13,412 bases of DNA from Bugula neritina (Eukaryota > Animalia > Bryozoa): assembly GCA_964035545.1 (NCBI GenBank), contig CAXIUT010000162.1, positions 1 to 13,412 of the forward strand, written 5' to 3'. The notes under the pieces were generated by a model. The model did no database searches, had not been told where the DNA came from, and worked only from the letters and a program-made list of their open reading frames with translations. Below are positions 10,020 to 13,412 of this stretch, piece by piece; the first letter of the stretch is position 1; every line of letters begins with the position of its first letter. The position numbers and the translations under genes were made by a program.

Positions 10020-10568
10020 TGATTAATTAAACGAATTCTTTGAAGAAAAAAATTAAAGAACTGATCGATAAAATAGAAAAATCAATTTATTAAAATAAAG
10101 AACTATCAAAAACTGTCATAAAACTTTCAAGGTAAGTCATGAATCTTAATATTTGTTTTTAAGCAAGTTAATAGAGATAGAAATAGCTAGAAATAAAATT
10201 AAAATTGTTATAATAAAGTCTAACTAAATAAAATTAAATTCAAATAAAAGAACTAAATGATAAAATAAAAGAAAAAACCAAAGATAACAACTATTTATAT
10301 CATTAAAATTAAAAATTAAGTAAAAAAATAGAGGAAAAAATAAAATTAAATTTCTCATATTAATAACAATAAAACTTATGAAATAAAGCAATCTAATATA
10401 TCAAAATAGTCTTTATTAACAATAAAAAAACTTACCTTCTAAAAAGTAGAATCTTAGGCAAGAATAATATAACTCTAATCAAAATTAAAAAATTTAACCA
10501 AAAATAAAGAATAATCTCTTCAAAATTTTATTCCTCCCTTATTTATTCCAAAAACTTCAAGAATATGA
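10019..10568 (+). CDS. 5'-truncated coiled-coil protein gene, C-terminal part, with one apparent +1 frame change near 10320-10381
   Basis: With TAR=Glu: LINETNSLKKKIKELIDKIEKSIYENKELSK..EASEEREKELEIKLKLLEESL.. up to TGA 10379-10381. The +1 frame continues EIKQSNISKESLLTIKKLTFEKVESEARIIELESKLKNL..IPPLFIPKTSRI to TGA 10566-10568. No start codon precedes the coiled-coil text. Called on composition only. Confidence 0.6.
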
Positions 10569-10629
10569 ACAAATAAATGATCTAATTTAATAACTATTTA
10601 ATCATAAACTATAAATTTATATTTAAATT

Positions 10630-13247
10630 ATGTCAAGCGATTCAATAAAAGTAGTCTGTCGTCTCCGTCCTCTCAATAAAATTTAAATAGCCAATCAAGG
10701 AAAATAATGTGTTACTTATTCCCAAAAAGATCTCACTATTAATGTAAATCTAACATCACAAAGGTAGGAGGATAATAAAATAAATACAGTTTCGCATTCG
10801 ATACAGTTTTTGGACCTCACACACATCAACAAGAAATCTACAAAGATATCGGATAGCCTATCATCAAATCAGTCATCGATGGTTTTAATGGCACCATTTT
10901 TGCGTATGGACAAACAGGAGGAGGAAAAACATGGACCATGTAGGTAAGTTTATTAATATTGAGGGTCCTAATCACTATGATATATAATATCGTGGGTTGA
11001 TTCCTAGAACTATTGAAGGAATATTTAGTCAAATATAATAATGTAGTAACATATAGTTTATGTTAAAATGTTCTTACGTATAGATTTACAACTAAAAAAT
11101 CTATGATTTACTTGATCGTAAGTATTGATTTTAAGATATAGCATCCAAATCGAAATTAGATATCAAATAAGATAAATACAAAGGAATATTTATCTCTAAT
11201 TGTACCTAAATTAGTATTGGATCTTCAGAACATATGCTTAAAATGATAGACTATGGAGCTAACAACAGAAAAATTGCATTTACTGGAATGAATTAAAGAA
11301 GCTCCAGAAGTCATTCTTTGTTTATTATCTATTTCAATCAAAAAAATACAAAAAAAAACTCTACTAAACTAAGTAAACTGTATTTTGTTGATTTAGCTGG
11401 ATCATAAAAAATATCAAAAACTGGCGTCAAAGGTCAACAGTTATAATAAGCCAAAAATATCAATAAAAGTTTAAGTGCTCTAGGAAATGTAATAAATGCA
11501 TTAACTTCATAAAAAAAATAACATATTCCATATAGAGATTCAAAATTAACAAGAATTTTACAATAATCTCTGGGCGGAAATAGTAAAACAACCCTAATAA
11601 TCAACTGCTCTATGTGCACATATAACGATAAATAAACTTTAAGCACTTTAAGATTCGGATATCGAGCTAAAAGTATAAAAAATAAACCTAAAGTAAATTA
11701 ATAAAGAAGTGCTAAATAGCTAATGGTAATGTTATAAATAGCCAATAGAACAATAGCTTAGTTAAAACATCAACTGGGAGGAAAGATATCTTCAACTCCC
11801 AAATAACAAGATAACCAATTAATAAAATAAAATCCATTGTAAATAGTATAATAACTAAAATAAAGACTTTAGTATACTAATAGATAAGATATCTAAAGAT
11901 AGCATTAGTTGAGATAGATGGAATTAAGAGTAAAAAGTTTACTTTTGTAAATATTTGAACTAAATTAGAAACATTAAAATCATATAGATAGTTGTACTTC
12001 TATTTTTAGAATATTGAAAGGAAATTTGATGAAACTTAATAAATTTATGAATCGAGTTTATATTGATTTAGAATATTGGGTTAATAATGTTATTATTGAT
12101 GGAAATTAATAAAATCAATAAATCAGAAATAATCTTGATAAAACTTTTTAGTAAATTATGCAATATACCTCATTCTATAACAAAGACATCAAATAATTCT
12201 TTAAATAAATATAAATTGACGATGATCACCCAAATTAAAATAACATAGAATAAAATAAAGAATATTTACTCAACAAAAAGATGAAAACGATTTATTCTTA
12301 ACCTAATTTAATAAATAATGGAATAAATATGAATAACTAACTTCAAATGAGTTGCTTTGTAGATAAAAAACTAGAATATCAATAAAATAGTGCTCTTAGT
12401 TCAGAAAAAGTATCACAAGAATAGTCTTTTACTTAAATATAAACTCTTCTATCAAGTTTGTAAACTAAATAAAGTCAAAGAATGGCACTTTAATAACTAT
12501 CATATAAAATGAAAATATTAAATAAATAAAATTAATAACTTCAATCAAAAAAATTAAAAATTAATTATATAAGATAAAATGATAAGTCAAAAGATAGAAT
12601 AAAAATATTAATAAAAATTGATAGATTTAGAATAAAGGGTAGAATAATATCGATTCATAATAGTAATCATTATTTTATAAAGAAATAAAAAGATAATGAG
12701 ATAACAATTTATCTTGACTAATTAGTAAATTAAAGAAAAAATGTGGCATACTAAAAAGTAGTTTCATAAAACCTGAAAAAGTACCAAAAATATAATATAG
12801 AGTAATATAAAATAACACAAATTACAAAAAATACTATGTAATGTAATAAAAATTGAAATCATTGGCCTCTGAAAGACAAAAACTGTTTAACTAACTCTAC
12901 CAAATAAGAAATCAACTTGATTAGGCATAAATAACCATTCAATAAAAATAATAACATATATAATCTTTACAAAATGTCATGAAGTAACTTAACTCATAAA
13001 ATAAAAATGATCTACCTATCAATTAAAAATAAATATAAAAGAAATATGCCAAATAAGTATATGGCACTGATGCACCCAACCTTATAGTATCAATAAATGG
13101 AGGAAATAAACATAATTAAATACCTATCAATTCTACAAGTACTAAAACCAAACAATCTTCACTAAGAAAAAAAGTAACTATCTATTAAAATAGCTTGGAG
13201 GAAAAGAACATTTTGCTCTATATTAAAGAGTTATCCAGTTAAATTGA
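10630..13247 (+). CDS. Kinesin heavy chain (kinesin-1-like); join(10630..10743,10764..10943,10964..11117,11142..12780,12801..13173,13194..13247), ~837 aa
   Basis: [122 protein letters not shown], then a coiled-coil stalk. If the last intron is retained the stop is at 13279-13281. Confidence 0.95.
10744..10763 (+). other. Spliceosomal intron, 20 nt
   Basis: GTAAATCTAACATCACAAAG; needed to keep the motor-domain frame. Confidence 0.85.
10944..10963 (+). other. Spliceosomal intron, 20 nt
   Basis: GTAAGTTTATTAATATTGAG; removal restores TME-G. Confidence 0.9.
11118..11141 (+). other. Spliceosomal intron, 24 nt
   Basis: GTAAGTATTGATTTTAAGATATAG. It contains an in-frame TGA, and removal gives DLLDPSK. 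An alternative in-frame acceptor lies at 11135. Confidence 0.88.
12781..12800 (+). other. Spliceosomal intron, 20 nt
   Basis: GTACCAAAAATATAATATAG; avoids TGA 12854-12856 and enters the long tail frame. Confidence 0.8.
13174..13193 (+). other. Probable spliceosomal intron, 20 nt
   Basis: GTAACTATCTATTAAAATAG. It has the canonical size and ends but is not strictly required for an open frame. Confidence 0.62.
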
Positions 13248-13337
13248 TAGCTATATTTTTGATATAAATATTATATTTTGATAAATAAAAAATAATACAG
13301 TTATTTTATAATTTTAATGTTAAACAATTCACATCAA

Positions 13338-13412
13338 GGGGTTGGGGTTGGGGTTGGGGTTGGGGTTGGGGTTGGGGTTGGGGTTGGGGTTGGGGTTGGG
13401 GTTGGGGTTGGG
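13338..13412. repeat. Terminal telomere (GGGGTT)n
   Basis: Perfect G4T2 array to the window end, ~90 nt after the kinesin stop. Confidence 0.98.

Noticed and set aside
10132-10163. Possible 32-nt GTAAGT..AAG intron
   Set aside because: Atypical length. Splicing shifts into a frame that soon stops, while the unspliced frame reads as good coiled coil.
10378-10629. Open frame upstream of and in frame with the kinesin ATG (N-terminal extension)
   Set aside because: With only TGA as stop such open stretches are common. The kinesin begins naturally at MSSDSIKVVCR, and another frame explains this region better.
10838-11646. ORF-track minus-strand ORFs 10838-11032 and 11434-11646
   Set aside because: Antisense to the conserved kinesin motor domain.
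586-13247. Pseudogenes or G-to-T damage as the explanation for in-frame TAA/TAG
   Set aside because: TAR falls specifically at Glu positions, other G-containing conserved codons are intact, and frames stay free of TGA for kilobases.

Overview
Ciliate macronuclear DNA, not prokaryotic, with Tetrahymena-type (C4A2/T2G4)n telomeres. TAA and TAG are sense codons. Invariant kinesin, epiplasmin and DP positions indicate both encode Glu (peritrich-type code, NCBI table 30), and TGA is the only stop, so the supplied ORF track is largely misleading. Bases 1-9879 form an apparently complete telomere-to-telomere ~9.9 kb minichromosome with five tightly packed genes: a trypsin/V8-like protease with a SPRY-like tail, an epiplasmin-like protein, a DP/E2F factor, a large PAS-domain membrane protein and a SHIPPO/ODF3-repeat protein. 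It also carries a subtelomeric 30-bp inverted repeat. Two further chromosome right ends follow, joined head-to-tail through G-strand telomere tracts. One is a 69-nt stub. The other is a 3.3 kb piece with a 5'-truncated coiled-coil gene and a kinesin-1-like gene. These joins are probably chimeric. Ten tiny GTA..AG introns were inferred, eight of them exactly 20 nt. All translations and counts were done by hand.
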